This document shows, one piece after another, positions 42,878-57,205 of a DNA stretch of 64,000 bases. The first letter of the stretch is position 1, and each line of letters starts with the position of its first letter. The position numbers and the translations under genes were made by a program. The notes beneath the pieces were generated by a model. It was not told the DNA's origin. It saw only the letters and a program-made list of their open reading frames with translations, and did not search any database. The DNA lies in assembly GCF_009914755.1 (NCBI RefSeq), contig NC_060939.1, one strand, 5' to 3'. The stretch comes from the human T2T-CHM13v2.0 reference genome, Homo sapiens.

Positions 42878-43167
42878 TTTTGTTTTTGTTAAAACAGAGT
42901 CTTGCTCTGTCGCCCAGGCTTGAGTACAGTGGCATGATCTCTGCTCACTGCAACGTCTGCCTCCGGGTTCAATTCTTGTGCCTCAGCCTCCCAAGTAGCT
43001 GGGATTACAGGTGTGCATCACCACGCCCGGCTAATTTTTGTATTTTTAGTAGAGACGGGGTTTTGCCATGTTGGCCAGGCTGGTCTTGAATTCCTGGCCT
43101 CAAGTGATCCGCCCACTTCAGCCTCCCAAAGTGCTGAGATTACAGGCGTAAGACATCATGCCTGGCC
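42878..43167 (-). mobile_element. AluS
   Basis: TSD AGCCACTRTAATTTCT (42862-77 / 43170-85). Confidence 0.95.
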
Positions 43168-43357
43168 CTAGCCACTATAATTTCTAATCGATTTCAATAT
43201 TTAGAACTGAAGATTATTTTATTTGTACTGCTGTTTTCCATTTGCCAAACTCTTTTATCACCTTATGGGGCTGCTTGTGAACTTCTCTTCTTCCTTAGGC
43301 CAGGCAATTCAATGTTTCAAACTGAGTAGGGCTTTCAGACACTGATTTTTATCTTAA

Positions 43358-43737
<380 letters not shown>

Positions 43738-45628
43738 TTATTGTCACTTTTTCTAAAACATATTTGTGAGAAAGACAAATGGACGCTTTAAGACTCCTTG
43801 AGAAATCAATTGAACCCCTGTTATGCCAGATGAGCCCAAGGACATAGTTTTGAAGCCTGGATCTGAGCACTGTGCTGGACCTGGAAACACTTCACTGCTT
43901 TCCTTGAGAAGGCAATCTCTCCAATGACTGAGCCCCAGGCACATCCAGGAGGCTTCATAGCACAACACCAACAGCTAGCAAAGGTTGCCCTGCAACTTTA
44001 GGTTAGCACTAAGGCCAGAAGTGGGAAGAGGTTGTCGCCAAACACCTTCAGCCATCTGAGCAGCTCTTTCAACTTGGTTTGTGCTGCTTTGTCCTGGGGA
44101 CTGTCTAAAATGAAGGACCTCTTTGGCTGCCCTCTGCTTTCCCTCTGACTCGCTGAAACACCCGGAATGTTCTCCGAGACGCCTGGAGGTAAATTAAAAG
44201 TTCCATTCGTTTATGTATGCCGCCCGTCAGCACTCAGTCAACATCAGCACATACCTTTGGACATTGCCCAGATAAGTTGTATTTGATCTGGTGACCTAAA
44301 GGTGAATTGTAGGTTATACTTAATTATACTCATGAGCCAAGTCCAAGTCAGTAACAAACCTTTCTATTTCACTCCGAAATACCGTGAAACCCCTTAAGGG
44401 AGTCCACTGATTATACCAAAGAGGTTTGTATGAACCAACTAGGGTAAATAATTAGACTGTATTTTTAATTAATATTGCAATGCCTTCCAGCACAACGATA
44501 TTTAAGATGATGACAGTATTGGAGATAAGTAGAGAAACAGTCTTGCGTTTAAATCAGGAAGAATGAAGGAAGTTTTGTCAGATTGACAAAAATACCCTAT
44601 AATTCTAGCAATTTTGTGTCAAAAGTTTCCAGTGTGTTTAAAGGAAGTTTTCAATTTAGTAAATGCTCTGTTTGCCATGGTGAAGATATACAGAAAAATA
44701 AATACAGAGAAAACGAAAGGCAGGTAGTATGCATTTTTTTAGTCATGTGAACTTTATGGGAATAATAACAATTAACACAGATTTCATAATGGGCACCATT
44801 TCAATTTTTGTTTCATTAAGCTTCGTAAAAAATATAGGCTTTTGAAAAAAGCCAGTTCAATTAAAGCATGAACTTTTCATTATTTTTTAACACATTTTAC
44901 CTATTTTTAATTGATAGAAGTGTTACATATTTTGCCAAGCTAGGAGTTTTTCACACTTCTTTAATTCAAACCAGCTTGATTTTTGCAATTCAAATAGACA
45001 CATTATTATTTGGTATTACCTGGAAACCAAATAAAGTAACAGTAAAACTTATTAAATAGATCACAATGCATACATTATTTCCTAAAGAAATTTATTTTAT
45101 TATACTTTCAGAATGAAGTAAATCTTTTTTTTTTTTGTTTAACCCTAGCTAAACCTCATAACTCCTTAATGAGAAAGACACTAATAATCTACAAATAATA
45201 TTTTACAAATGAAAAAACCCAAGCACTAAAAAGTTATGTATCTTGCCCTAGGTCACATAGCAAGTGAAAGGTCAGAATCTTAACACTGCTATTCTGACCA
45301 CTTGTAATACCTTCTCTAGGCTTAAGATAATAAACAAATTAAGCAAGGGATATGTCTTTTTATTTTTCCCTTTTTTGTTTGTTTGTTTGCTTGCTTGCTT
45401 TTTCTTTACGTAGTATTGCTGTGCTAGGCACATGTTAGTATCTCAACGAATAATTTGTATTCAGCTTTCTATTAAGCACAGCTCTCTACAACCTGCATTG
45501 TTAAACATTTATAGTCAACAACATGATGTTAATTATGATGACCTGAAGACATTGCAAGATAATAGAGTCACTTGAAGCATCAAAGAAAGATAAAAATATG
45601 TTCATCTGTGCCCTGAACTGCAGATTAT

Positions 45629-46464
45629 TGATAGGGACCAGAGCCAGGGAAACTCTGGGCAGAAGAGGGCAGGTCCCCGGCCCCACCTTCAAGCTGAAAA
45701 GCCTAATACTGCAGCCAAAAGTGGGAGTAAAAATCCCTGTTGTCCCTCTTGAATGTTGCCTCTCCCAAAACCACCCATGGCCCACCCCGTCCCCCATCCT
45801 GTGACCATAAAAACCCCAGGCTCAGCCAGCAGAGAGAGGAAAAGAAGCTGGATGAGGAAAAACTATGGTTGGACACTGGAGAGAAGCAGCTTGACTTCAG
45901 AGGGACAGCTTGACAGTGTAGCCTTGGAAGGAGTCCAGCTGGAGATGACCAGACTCCAGGGGAAGTTCACCTTCCTGCTCTTTCCCCTTTTCAGCTCCCC
46001 TTCCAGCCACTTTCACCAACAAAATCCCCCACATTTACCATCACCAATTCATTCATGCGACCTCATTACTACAGGATACCAGACAAGAATTCAGATGCCA
46101 CGAGTGCAGGTGCAAAAGGCTGTCACACTGACCCTCCACTGAGCTGTTAACACTTAAGTGATCCACAGACAGGAAAGCTAAAGGAGCACTGTGGCACTCC
46201 TTCTGAAGCTTTAGAGGTAGTGGGCACTCCCCTAGATGCTGCTGAAGGGCCTGCACAAAGTTTAGCTCCTGCCAGTGCCCAAAAGCACTCTCCCTGGCTC
46301 CTGCACCCACTCACCTGTTCTCCCCCCGCTCCCACAAGGGGTGAAACACAGCAGGACCAAGAGAGTGGAGTCCACCCGTGCCAGCACCAAAGTGGCCAGC
46401 TAGTTCTAGCACCCATGCACTCCAGTTCCCACCCATGAAGAGGTCAGGGAAATACCTTGCTTCA
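45629..46464 (+). mobile_element. Solo ERV1 LTR (MER50-like)
   Basis: TG...CA termini, 836 bp, flanks TTAT / TTAG, TATA-like 'cataaaaaccc', and MER50-family text 'gagagaagcagcttgacttcagagggac'. Confidence 0.8.
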
Positions 46465-48099
46465 TTAGTATCACCAGTTGCTGGCTATGAGTTGACCATC
46501 TTTATCCGTATGTCCCAAATTAAATTGTTTTTCATCTTCTACCCAACACTTCTCTGTCCAAGCTTCCCAGCTAGAAACTTGGGATTCACCTTCAACTATT
46601 TTATTCTCTCATTCACCATCCTTGTGGTTATGGAGTATCCATTCTACCTCCTAAGTATCTCTCAATTCTATCTCTTCCCTCACATTTTCACTGCCCTAAT
46701 TCTGAGCCTCATTTTCTTGTGCCTAGAAAATTTTAACAGCCTCATTATAGGTTGCCTTGGGTCTAGTTTCTCATCCTTGGCGTTTTCCTTCCCAGGTGCT
46801 CAGTGTTACCTTTCTGAAATAGAAATCACTCACTTTCTAAAGACTGCTGGCAGCTGCCTCTACCCTAAAGCAGCCTTTTCTATGCTGAGATCCATGAAAC
46901 CCTGTGAGCACTATGAAAAGGGAAAGACAAATAGGTACAGGGCAAGCTCTTGAAAATTTATGATGCAGAGTAGCATATTAAAGACTCTGAGAAGTCCTGC
47001 CGGAAAGTTAACCCCAGGTAACTGGCCTACCCCAGTGTTTGCCACATTACTTGGCCTCAGAAGCTCCTTGTATTTCCAGACAACACCAATCAACACCTCG
47101 AGGAACCAGTATTCTTCTAAGCATAGTTTGAGAAAACACTATGCTACAAGATAAATTAAATGTAGTACCAGCTCTTCTCCATGGAGCACAGCCTTCCTAA
47201 ACCAATTACACCATGTTTATTGCTATTTAAAAGGCAAAAGCATACTCTTGTTTTGCCAAGTTAAGTAGGAAGTTCCTTCAAAATAGGATACATTTCCCCC
47301 AACTTTTTCATCCAAGGAACTTTTACTAATAACTTCAAGTCCCAGCCCCAGTGTTACTACCTGTCCAACACCTTCCTCAAGTCATTCTTGGTGCTTGCTG
47401 CCCATCAGCTCTTTAATTTTGCAGGCGTCTGTTCGTAAGTCCACCTTCCCTACAAGAATATTAGGCCCTTTTGTCTTTGGAACTGTAACGCCTAGCACAA
47501 TTCCCAGCATTTAGTAGACACTCAACAAAGCTGGTAGAAGGTATAGTTTATTGTATTCTAACATAATAGCTTACAGGTAGTTGGTGTTGATGCATATTCA
47601 TATAAAATTTCTCCAGAGAGGTAGAAGTGATTAAAAGAACATATAACCCCTTTTCTCACTGCAGCTGAGATAAATGGGGTTTTCCAGAGGGAGATGTGCA
47701 TGTGGCCCTGCTCTGTCTCAGGAGGCAGATGCCTTTGGCTAACCCATCTGGTTGTTAGGTGATTGCTTTCCAACATCAGCTTTGTGCATACCTTCCTGCA
47801 TCTGTACTTCCCTAGAAGGCAATTGTCTCCAAAAGAGGAAGAGATCATTTTCAGCCACAGATATGATGAGGCAGTGAAAGACACTGGTGTGCCTCAAAGT
47901 ATGGTCCTGGACACCCACTGAGTGACAATCCATGCCCAGATGTTTATGGTGCCCCGTGGCCCCCAGGCTTATAAGCACTTCCTTTCTACTCACTGATAGG
48001 ACAAGGTCTACTGAGAAACAGTTATTAGCTGTACGTAGCACTGAAGAAATTAATTTTCAAAGCGTTGCATCCAAAATTTGTCAATGATGAGGTAGATCT

Positions 48100-48250
48100 G
48101 TAAATGACTCTGCCCCTCTCCAGCTAGCAAGCTATTTCACCTCTTTACACCACATTTTCCTCATCTGTAAGATGAGGATAAATGAGACAGCATTCGAAAA
48201 CATTCAACACCTTGTTTGACACATAGCAGGCAATCAATAAAAGTGTATTG
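48100..48250 (+). mobile_element. MIR remnant
   Basis: 'ttttcctcatctgtaagatgaggata...cacatagcaggcaatcaataaa'. Confidence 0.7.
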
Positions 48251-49450
48251 CATTTGATTCTGATTTCTACTGAATTTTATAGTGTATAAAAATAAAAAGA
48301 GAAACTACTTATATAAAATTAATAACCAACTCAAAAAACTGTTACTAAGTATATTTTGGACAGATCTATTTGTCTTTGCCATTGTCAGTGTTAAATTAAA
48401 ATTAAAACACACTCTAAAAAGCCTCCTAATTCAGCAGAACAGCATTCAGAGTTATGCATCTGAGCCATACATTTTAATGCTGACTGACTCAATTATCACC
48501 CAAGGTCTAGCAATTTGAGACCTCAATGTCATTAAGGTAAAGTCCGGAAAAGACATGTTGCATCAGTGGTATGGTTCTGTTATAGGAGAGTCGGAGATCC
48601 TGCTTAGAACTGAGTAGAATGCAAACATTTCTTTTGTAAGGTTGGAACCTTTCCCCTATTATTTTGTAAGGGAGTAAAATGCATGAGGCAATTTAAACAC
48701 GCCAGGCAGGGAACGTTCCACAGCTCCCACTGGGTATGGGCCAAGTCATACACAATGAAGTCCTGAGCCACCATGGGGTAAAGGCACCAGCTCTCAGGAA
48801 CATGGGTCTCCCTAGCACTGGAGTTAATGAGGCCATTGGTTCACTTATTTTCCTTTCCAGAGATTATCATGATCAATTTGCATGATGATTATGGAAAAAT
48901 TAAAACACTATTCCCAAAGATCAAGTTAATAAAGGCCTTTGAGACTTTAAGCTTCTTCGAGGAGAAAAGTAGATTGTTCTCCAAAAGGGGGGAAATAATT
49001 TGAGATAAACTATAGTTTAGTTCAATGCACCAAGGCTGACTTCTTCCCCCCGCCAACTTTTTTTTACTGGTAGCATCTTCCCCACTCTTGAGAACCTCTC
49101 TCCCTTAAGAGCATGTAATGAATTTAATACAAACTCAAGGGGAAATAAAATGAGCAGAGGGGACCAAAAAAGAGTCAAAATGAAGGGAAAAGAACATGAA
49201 TTTGTGAAATAGTCCTGTGGTTGAAAAGCCATGTGGCCCTTGTTCTGCCCAGTGACAGATTCTACACTTTCTAGATTCAAATTGAATATCATTTCTCCTT
49301 CCATATGTCAAGCCAGGCTAAGAGATGAAGGACTTCAGCAACCCCTCCTTAGGAGGGACAAATCTCATCCCTAGCATCTGACTCAAGGCAGTTGCTTCAT
49401 TTCCAGGGAAATTCTTGTTTTCAGTTTGCACTTTACCCACTTCACCCTCC

Positions 49451-49742
49451 TTTTTTCAGATGGGGTCGTGCTCTGTTGCCCAGGCTGGGGTGCAGTGGTG
49501 TGATCTCAGCTCACTGCAACCTCTCTGCCTCCCGAGCTCAAGAGATCCTCCCATCTCAGCCTCCTGAGTAGCTGGCCACAGGTGCATGCCACCATGCCCC
49601 ATAAATTTTTGGATTTTTGGTAGAGACAAGGTTTCGCCATGTTGCCCACATTGGTCTTGAATTCCTGAGCTCAAGAGATCTGCCCTCCTCGGCCTCCCAA
49701 AGTGCTGGGATTACAGGCATGAGCCACCATCCATGTCCAGCC
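49451..49742 (-). mobile_element. AluJ
   Basis: Reverse Alu, both arms, short tail. Confidence 0.93.
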
Positions 49743-50218
49743 CCACTTTTTAAACATAAAAGCAGATACTGCTGGTTTTTTTTTTCTGCATGGACATTTC
49801 TACTCTCTGCTTCTTAGAAAAAGCAGTTAATCACTTTGGAAGTTGGTTTGGAGGGTAAAATCTATGAAAACAACTTACATTCCACCTCCTTCTGAGAGTT
49901 TCCTCTTTGCAGGTGAAGTGGTCAAAAGCCCAGTAGATCAAGGGGGAGAAGTGGCAAGTAAACAAGATCTGCATTCTAAAGATTTCCCTATGATACTACC
50001 ACAAAATGGGACAAACAAAAGTCCAAAACAGAAGACTGTACAGCTCTTCCATTTATTAAGGATTTTACTTTTACCATCGAGACCACCTTTAAAGAATAAG
50101 AAGAAGGCAAAATAGTTCAAACCAATATTCTATACCACAGCTAACATTTTCTGTGAGCTTTTCTTGGTTTCTGTATTTCAGCTACCTTATCTAATCCTGG
50201 GGAATCCCACACATGTAA

Positions 50219-50364
<146 letters not shown>

Positions 50365-50742
50365 TAAATATCCTTCTTTAATGATTTGTCCTGCCTCAGT
50401 TTCTCCAAGCTTTTCTCATAACTGTAGTCCATGGGCCCTCCAATCACTTAAAAAACACACAAAACCCTTAATGGTTTATAGCCAGCAAAGCCAGAAGGAA
50501 TGAAATACTGTATTCTTTCTCATGATGGACTCAAAGAAGAAACATTTAAGAACACAAAAGAATACTGTTGCAGTGACTTTTTACATTTTACCCATAATTT
50601 CTCTATTATGTTTTTCCAATGACTAAAGTAATCTCTTTGAAAACATAATGCCATCATTTTCTGCACAACAGTGACTGTAATAAATTGAGTTGGAAAACAT
50701 TTACTGACTATGCACTTCGGGCTTAGCTGTGCTAAGGGCTCA

Positions 50743-50930
50743 CAGGGCCACCACAAACAGTGGTGTAGATTGTGCCCAGACATGGGAGCCCGGTTGAAGG
50801 GGCAGCTGAAAACCACCATGTTGTCCTCCCACCGAAGCCACCATTACTGACTACAGCAGCCTGGAGAAAGGGTGGCTTTTTTGTTATCCATCTGTCTCAA
50901 GGGGCACAGTTTCCTGCTAACCTTTTGTGA
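50743..50930. mobile_element. MER91-like hAT-Tip100 MITE
   Basis: 'cagggccacc..acagtggtgtagattgtgc..gcccggttgaagggg..gctgaaa' resembles MER91A. Confidence 0.5.
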
Positions 50931-51116
50931 CAAAGGAAGCTCACGGAATAAGAATACAAGGAGCTTATAATCTAATGGAAGATAATTTCAGTGAAGGGCC
51001 ACATAAATTACCTGAAGTTCCGTCTTTTTGAGACGAAAGGCAAACAGTTGAGTGATCCTCACTACTCCCTTTATAGTTTCTGTATCTGACCAACTTTTTG
51101 GTGGCCACACTTTGGT

Positions 51117-51401
51117 GGCCCCACTGTGTGATGTTCCCTTTCCTGTGTCCAAGTGTTCTCATTGTTCAATTCCCACCTATGAGTGAGAACATGTGGTGTT
51201 TGGTTTTTTGTCCTTGCGGTAGTTTGCTGAGAATGATGGTTTCCAGCTTCATCCATGTCCCTACAAAGGACATGAACTCATCATTTTTTATGGCTGCATA
51301 GTATTCCATGGTGCATATGTGCCACATTTTCTTCACCCAGTCTATCATTGTTGGACATTTGGGTTGGTTCCAAGTCTTTGCTATTGTGAGTAGTGCCACA
51401 A
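51117..51401 (-). mobile_element. Internal L1PA fragment (ORF2 end and start of 3'UTR), no poly-A
   Basis: Reverse complement matches the 40750-41030 part of the upstream L1. Both ends are truncated. Confidence 0.95.
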
Positions 51402-51599
51402 ATCAGAGAGTGATTCTCTTTACCATCCCTTCTGCCTCCTCATTTTTAATCAAAATCATGAAATGTACTTCCCATATTGTAGAGAGTAAATGAGAACTGG
51501 AGGAGCCCTATGAAGCACTGTGCGTTGGACAAACTCAGAACAGATGGGCTCCTAAACCTTCTTTCCCATACCTACTATGGGTCAAGTACAAGGGCACTG

Positions 51600-51760
51600 T
51601 CCTTCTCAATCCTCAACTCTATGGGGCAGGTCCTGAGCTCCTTTGTCCAGTTCAGGGAAATGAGGCTCAGAGACATGAACACACTTGCCTCAGGCTACCC
51701 AGCAGCTAATAAGTGACCCCAGGACACCATGTCCTCCCTGGACACTAAAGTGGTTTCTTT
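51600..51760 (-). mobile_element. MIR remnant
   Basis: 'ggaaatgaggctcagaga...acttgcc...cagctaataagtga'. Confidence 0.65.
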
Positions 51761-52887
51761 CCAGAGGAAGGAAAATGGGGACTGGAGTAGGGAGCCTGTG
51801 TATTCAGCATTCTTCTCTAATGCCCAGCTCAGCTCTTGGCACAGGGCACTGATACTTGTTGAACTGAACTCAAGAAGGAAAGTTGGAGAACAACCCATTC
51901 TTGAGCAGGCACCTCAGATGAGACAAGTGAGGGGGTGCTCTCTCTCGGGTGGCCTCACTTGCTTTACCCTTGTCCCTTAACTGCTCTCATGTGAGCTGCC
52001 CTGCTCTCCCTTTCTTCCACCCCATTTTCCATCAACCCTCTGGGGCTTAGGGTCTTTTGTTTCCAAGTCTCATGGATAGGCAGAAGTTCAAACTGCTCCC
52101 CACAGTCTCCACTCTCACCTTCCCACTGGCCTTTCTCCAGGTTTACTGCCGCACCTGCACCAAGAGGCACGAAACCCCTCAAGGAAAGTTTCCCATACAT
52201 CTTCCTGGTGGTCTTTCATTTCTTTGCCAATAAGGCAATCTGCTTCACAACACACTTCGATATATTTGACATCTGTCATAAAACCCAGGTCAGGCAGATC
52301 TGTCTTCTGTTAAAATAAGCTATTCTACAAAGACACTTCCTCTGCTGTTAGATCCCCACCAGAAATAATTATTGACATATTGTCCACACGTCCAGCCAAC
52401 CCTCTTAATAGAAGCCATAAATTTCTGGTGCTGGTTTCCCCTACTTGTATCAGAGAAGCAAGGTAACACTTAGAGAACCAGAAGGAAACCTGAAGGGGAA
52501 GCTCTGTCTGAAGTGACTGGCTTCAAACAAATACCTGCCTTTAACATCTTTCAAAAGTTAATGACTGTGGCAACACACAGCTGTTTCTTAGTGATGGAGC
52601 ATGAATTTTCTCACAACATTACACTGAGATGAGTCTTATGTTCACACAGCACAGAAAGGAGTTGATAGAAGTTTTCTGTGCAGCGGTGATTCCTCTAGAT
52701 TTAGGGTGGGCTCAACCTTTAGCAAGGTTCTATTCTACATGGGGCAGAATTCTGGGCACTCAGAGTCCCAGACATGCTATGAGTATGAGAGAGCATTGAT
52801 CACTTCCTGTTCTCATTGATCCCTTGAGAGGCACCCATACAAGTGGCTGGTCTCAGTTTTCCAAAAACCTGCCAGTTGGAAACCCTG

Positions 52888-53250
52888 TGAAATTGTTTGC
52901 CTGTGTCCTCACCCAAATCTAGTCTTGAATTGTAGCTCCCATAATTCCCACATGTTGTGGGAGGGACCTGGTGGGAGGTAATTGATCACTGGGGCAGTGT
53001 CCCCCATACTGTTCTTGTGGTAGTGAATAAGTCTCAAGAAATCTGAGGGTTTCATAAGGGGAAACCCCTTTCACTTGGTTCTCATTCCCTCTCTTGCCTG
53101 CCGCCATATAAGATGTCCCTTTCACCTTCCACCATGATTGTGAGGCCTCCCCAGCCACATAGAACTGTGAGTCCATTAAACCTCTTTTTCTTTGTAAATT
53201 ACCCAGTCTCAGGTGTATCTTTATCAGCAGTGTGAAAACAGACTAATACA
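52888..53250 (+). mobile_element. THE1 solo LTR (THE1C-like, ERVL-MaLR)
   Basis: 363 bp, 'cacccaaatct..cttgaattgtagctcccataattcccac...ccattaaacctctttt...gactaataca'. 5-bp flanks CCCTG / CCCCA. Confidence 0.93.
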
Positions 53251-53968
53251 CCCCATTACAAGATTGCTAAGATCAATGCTATAATCAAAGGTTGTTTTAG
53301 CCCCTCTGAGCCTCAGTAGGTCAAGTACATGGAGGACATGGACATATATATATATACTTCTTCCTGCTGATCAGTTAGTAGGAAAAAGCCTGACTTTTAT
53401 AAAGGAAGGAGGATTTTAGAAACACATGTGCTGACTTGGCTATATTTTTGTTGGTGTAAGGGATGAGTCCTTCTTTTTGAAGATATTTACAAATGTTTCC
53501 TTGAGGAAATATTTGCCACAGAAGTGACATTTTAGCAGCTAAGATATTTCACACTGAACAAAACATGTGAGCTGAAACAAGTGTTTTACTTAGGGGAAAG
53601 GAAAACTTGCCGACATAGATGAAGCTGCAAATACTTTCTAGATTCAAGGCCAGCTTGACCATGTGAGCAGCCCAGCAGCTATTTGGTGGAGGAGGGGATG
53701 GTGTGGGGAGCCCGGAGCTTCCCCAAAAGGACTTTTAAGAACAGAGATTTGTGCAGAGAAGAAAGAAGCCCCTAGATATCAAATGGCAGTTACAATAAAG
53801 TAATCATTTCTAGCTGTAACATGTTTCCACATCCTTCTTTTCATCCAAACCTTGAATGGTTGCCAGATATTTTTGTTTGCACACACATAACCTGCTTGCT
53901 CCATGTTTAAATGAGAAATTGACTGTCTTGTTCAAACTGGAATAAATTGCTGAAAGAAATATAAGTGA

Positions 53969-54271
53969 GGCTGGGTGCGGTGGCTCATGCCTGTAGTCAC
54001 AGAACTTTGGGAGGCCGAGGCTGGTGGATCACTTGAGGTCAGTTCGAGACCAGCCTGACCAACATGGTGAAAGCTTGTCTCTACTAAAAATACAAAAAAT
54101 TTGCTGGGCTTCATGGTGGGTGCCTGTAATCTCAGTTACTCAGGAGGCTGAGGCAGGGGAATCGCTTGAACCCGGGAGGCAGAGGTTGCAGTGAGCTGAA
54201 ATCATGCCACTAAACTCCAGCTTGGGCGACAGGGTGAGACTCCATCTCAACAAAAAAAAAAAAACAAAAGA
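53969..54271 (+). mobile_element. AluS, full length
   Basis: TSD AAAGAAATAYAAGTG (53953-67 / 54272-86). Confidence 0.95.
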
Positions 54272-56469
54272 AAAGAAATACAAGTGCTTAAATGACTTCT
54301 TCAGGACTGGGAAATCATCTGTCATTTGGACTTTGAGTTGGAGCATTCTAAAGAAACTTGTTGTTTACACTGATGCTGCTAAACTAAGAATAAAGACTGC
54401 CGTTGAAAGAGATGCTTTAGCAGTATCTGGATGAGAGATTAACTCCACAAGAAGCAGCGGAAATCACCTATTTCCCCTTGTCCAACCCACTCAACTCAAA
54501 CCACCCAAAACTGTCAGTGGATTTGAAATGACAGGAAGTGCCTAATTTTATGACCAATAACAACATTGATGGTTAAGGATGTTAAGATAAGGGTAATTTA
54601 ACTCATGTTTCTAACTATGAACAAATCAGCGGCAGGAATCAGAAAAGCACCAGCAATGGCAATTGACTCAAAATGATCAATCTTGGATGTTCCAGACCAC
54701 AGATTTTCAAAGCAAAAAGTAGTTCATTTTATCTCAAGTGGGCATCCACCTTGTCATGCAGTCAGAGTTGTACTTCTTCACCAAAGTTTAAGTTAGACCA
54801 ACATGTCAGTGCCAAGCAAGACTTCCCAGCCTCCCAAGATATGAGAGGGTGTCTATTTCTGAACTCAGCAATAGGACTGTCATCCATTAGTTGGTCCCAT
54901 GTAAATGGTTGCTAAACAGCAGGCCACTAGCAGGCATTCTGAGAGCTGTCCGACCCCCCTCACGTGGGCTCACTTTCCCTTTCATGCATAAAGTACCTCA
55001 ACGGGATGACTGCAGTGAGTTCTGTGCCAGTGGCAATGGAAGTCACGCCAGAAGGTTGTTCATTTTGCACAGCAGACATTGGGTGATTGACATACTGTAG
55101 AAAATTAAGTACATTTCACGTCAAGATTTTGGCATGTTGCTTACTTTGGGAGTTGGGGAGGGGGCACCTTTTTCACTCAATGTCATCTACACAAACAGAT
55201 GTGCTATGGAAGAATTCTCCCACCTTCTTGCCAGATTTTGACATGTGGCCTGATGCCCATGTTTGGAAGGAATCAGTAGCTCTTCCCCTATGACTGAATA
55301 TAAGGCAACATATTGTTGGTCCTTGAGAAATGGCTCATCTCCCTTACAGAGGCAAAGAGCTGGGTTCTGATCCCAGAGACTGCTCTGGTATTTGCTGCCC
55401 ATGTGCAAAGAATGAAACAATCTCCTATCTACAAATGATGATTTCTCTTGTTTCCATGGTATGGCTTCTCAATGAACCTTGGCGTGCCTCTTGGGTATTT
55501 TCAGTTCTGCAATTGTGATTTTGCTTTCATCCTATCCAGCACAAAAATCAAATGACACTTGTCCAGGTTTTAAAGTCCTTCCCCTTGACGTGCCGATATT
55601 TAAACACTCTAAGACTGCACACTTTCTGTGTTGTCTTCAGCTGCTTAAGCCTAAATCTTGTGCCTGTAGGTGGAGAATGACTGGATACTATTACCCTGAT
55701 AGCTGATGATAATATTTCTACATCCGTTGCTAAGCTTCTTAAGTTTCTTCTTCACTTTAGCAGTGTTTCGCATATCATTTTCTAGAAACCGTACTCAATG
55801 TGCCTTAGGTAAAAAGTAAGATTCGATACTGCGTTCATGGGAGATTATCTAGGACTAAGCTGCTGAGCGAATGTCTCAGCCTCACTCATCCAGTCTCTCC
55901 ATAAATGCACCTTTATGTATCTCTCAGGGGTAAAGTGGGTCACTTGATGTTGTTTCAGAACATCTGGAAAACAGTCGCTGGGGTGGAAGGGCTGTTAAAG
56001 CTCTTTGTGCTAAGGCTCAGGGGATATAATGAAAACATGGATGTGACACATACCAAATGATTCTAAAACATCCACTTGTTTGTAAGTACCCACACTACTC
56101 ATTATCTGCTTTTACTTCAAATAAGAGAGGTTTGGCAAGGATGCTGAGTTCAGATATGTATTATTGCTCCTCATAAGCTTAAAATCCCTTTTCTGGCATT
56201 TTGGGGCAATCGAGAAGCTAAGAGCGACTGAACTGAATATCCATTTTGCAGTCCTAACCAAGGCAAGTTCTAGAGGGGCAAAAGCATGCAGATGAAGAGG
56301 GTACAATGATGGTTGTCAGGGGAAGCGCGTGAGGAGGGACGCGGGCGAGTTAGTGAAAGGGTGCAATATTTCAGTTATGCAGAGTGAATAAATTTTGGAG
56401 ATCTAATGTACAGAAAGTAACTTAGTTAATAATAATGTATTGTATACTTGCAGTTTGCAAGGAGAGTAG

Positions 56470-56779
<310 letters not shown>

Positions 56780-56926
56780 TGCTAAGAGAGTAGATCTTAA
56801 ATGTTTTGACCACAAGGGAGAGAAAGGTAATGATGTGACATGATGGACATGTTAACTAGCATGATTGTGGTCATCATTTTACAAGGTATATCAAAACCCC
56901 ACATTGCATGCCTTAAAGTTACAACC

Positions 56927-57205
56927 TTTTTTTTTTTTTTTTGAGACAGGGTCTGGCTCTGTGGCCTAGGCTGGAGTGCATTGGCTCAATCTCAGTTCAC
57001 TGCAACCTTAGCCTCCCGGGCTCAAGTGATCTCCCACCTAAACCTCCCCAGTAGCTGCCACTACACCTGGCTAATTTTTGTGTTTTTGTAGAGACAGGGT
57101 TTTGCCATGTTGCACAGGCTGGTCTCGAACTCCTGGGCTCAAGCAATCCACCCGCCTCAGCTCCCAGAATGCTGGGATTACAGGCATGAGCTGCCATGTC
57201 CAGCC
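56927..57205 (-). mobile_element. AluJ
   Basis: Poly-T, both arms with a small deletion. Confidence 0.93.

Noticed and set aside
46378-46953. 191-aa ORF
   Set aside because: Spans the LTR end and L2-like sequence, so it is likely a chance frame.
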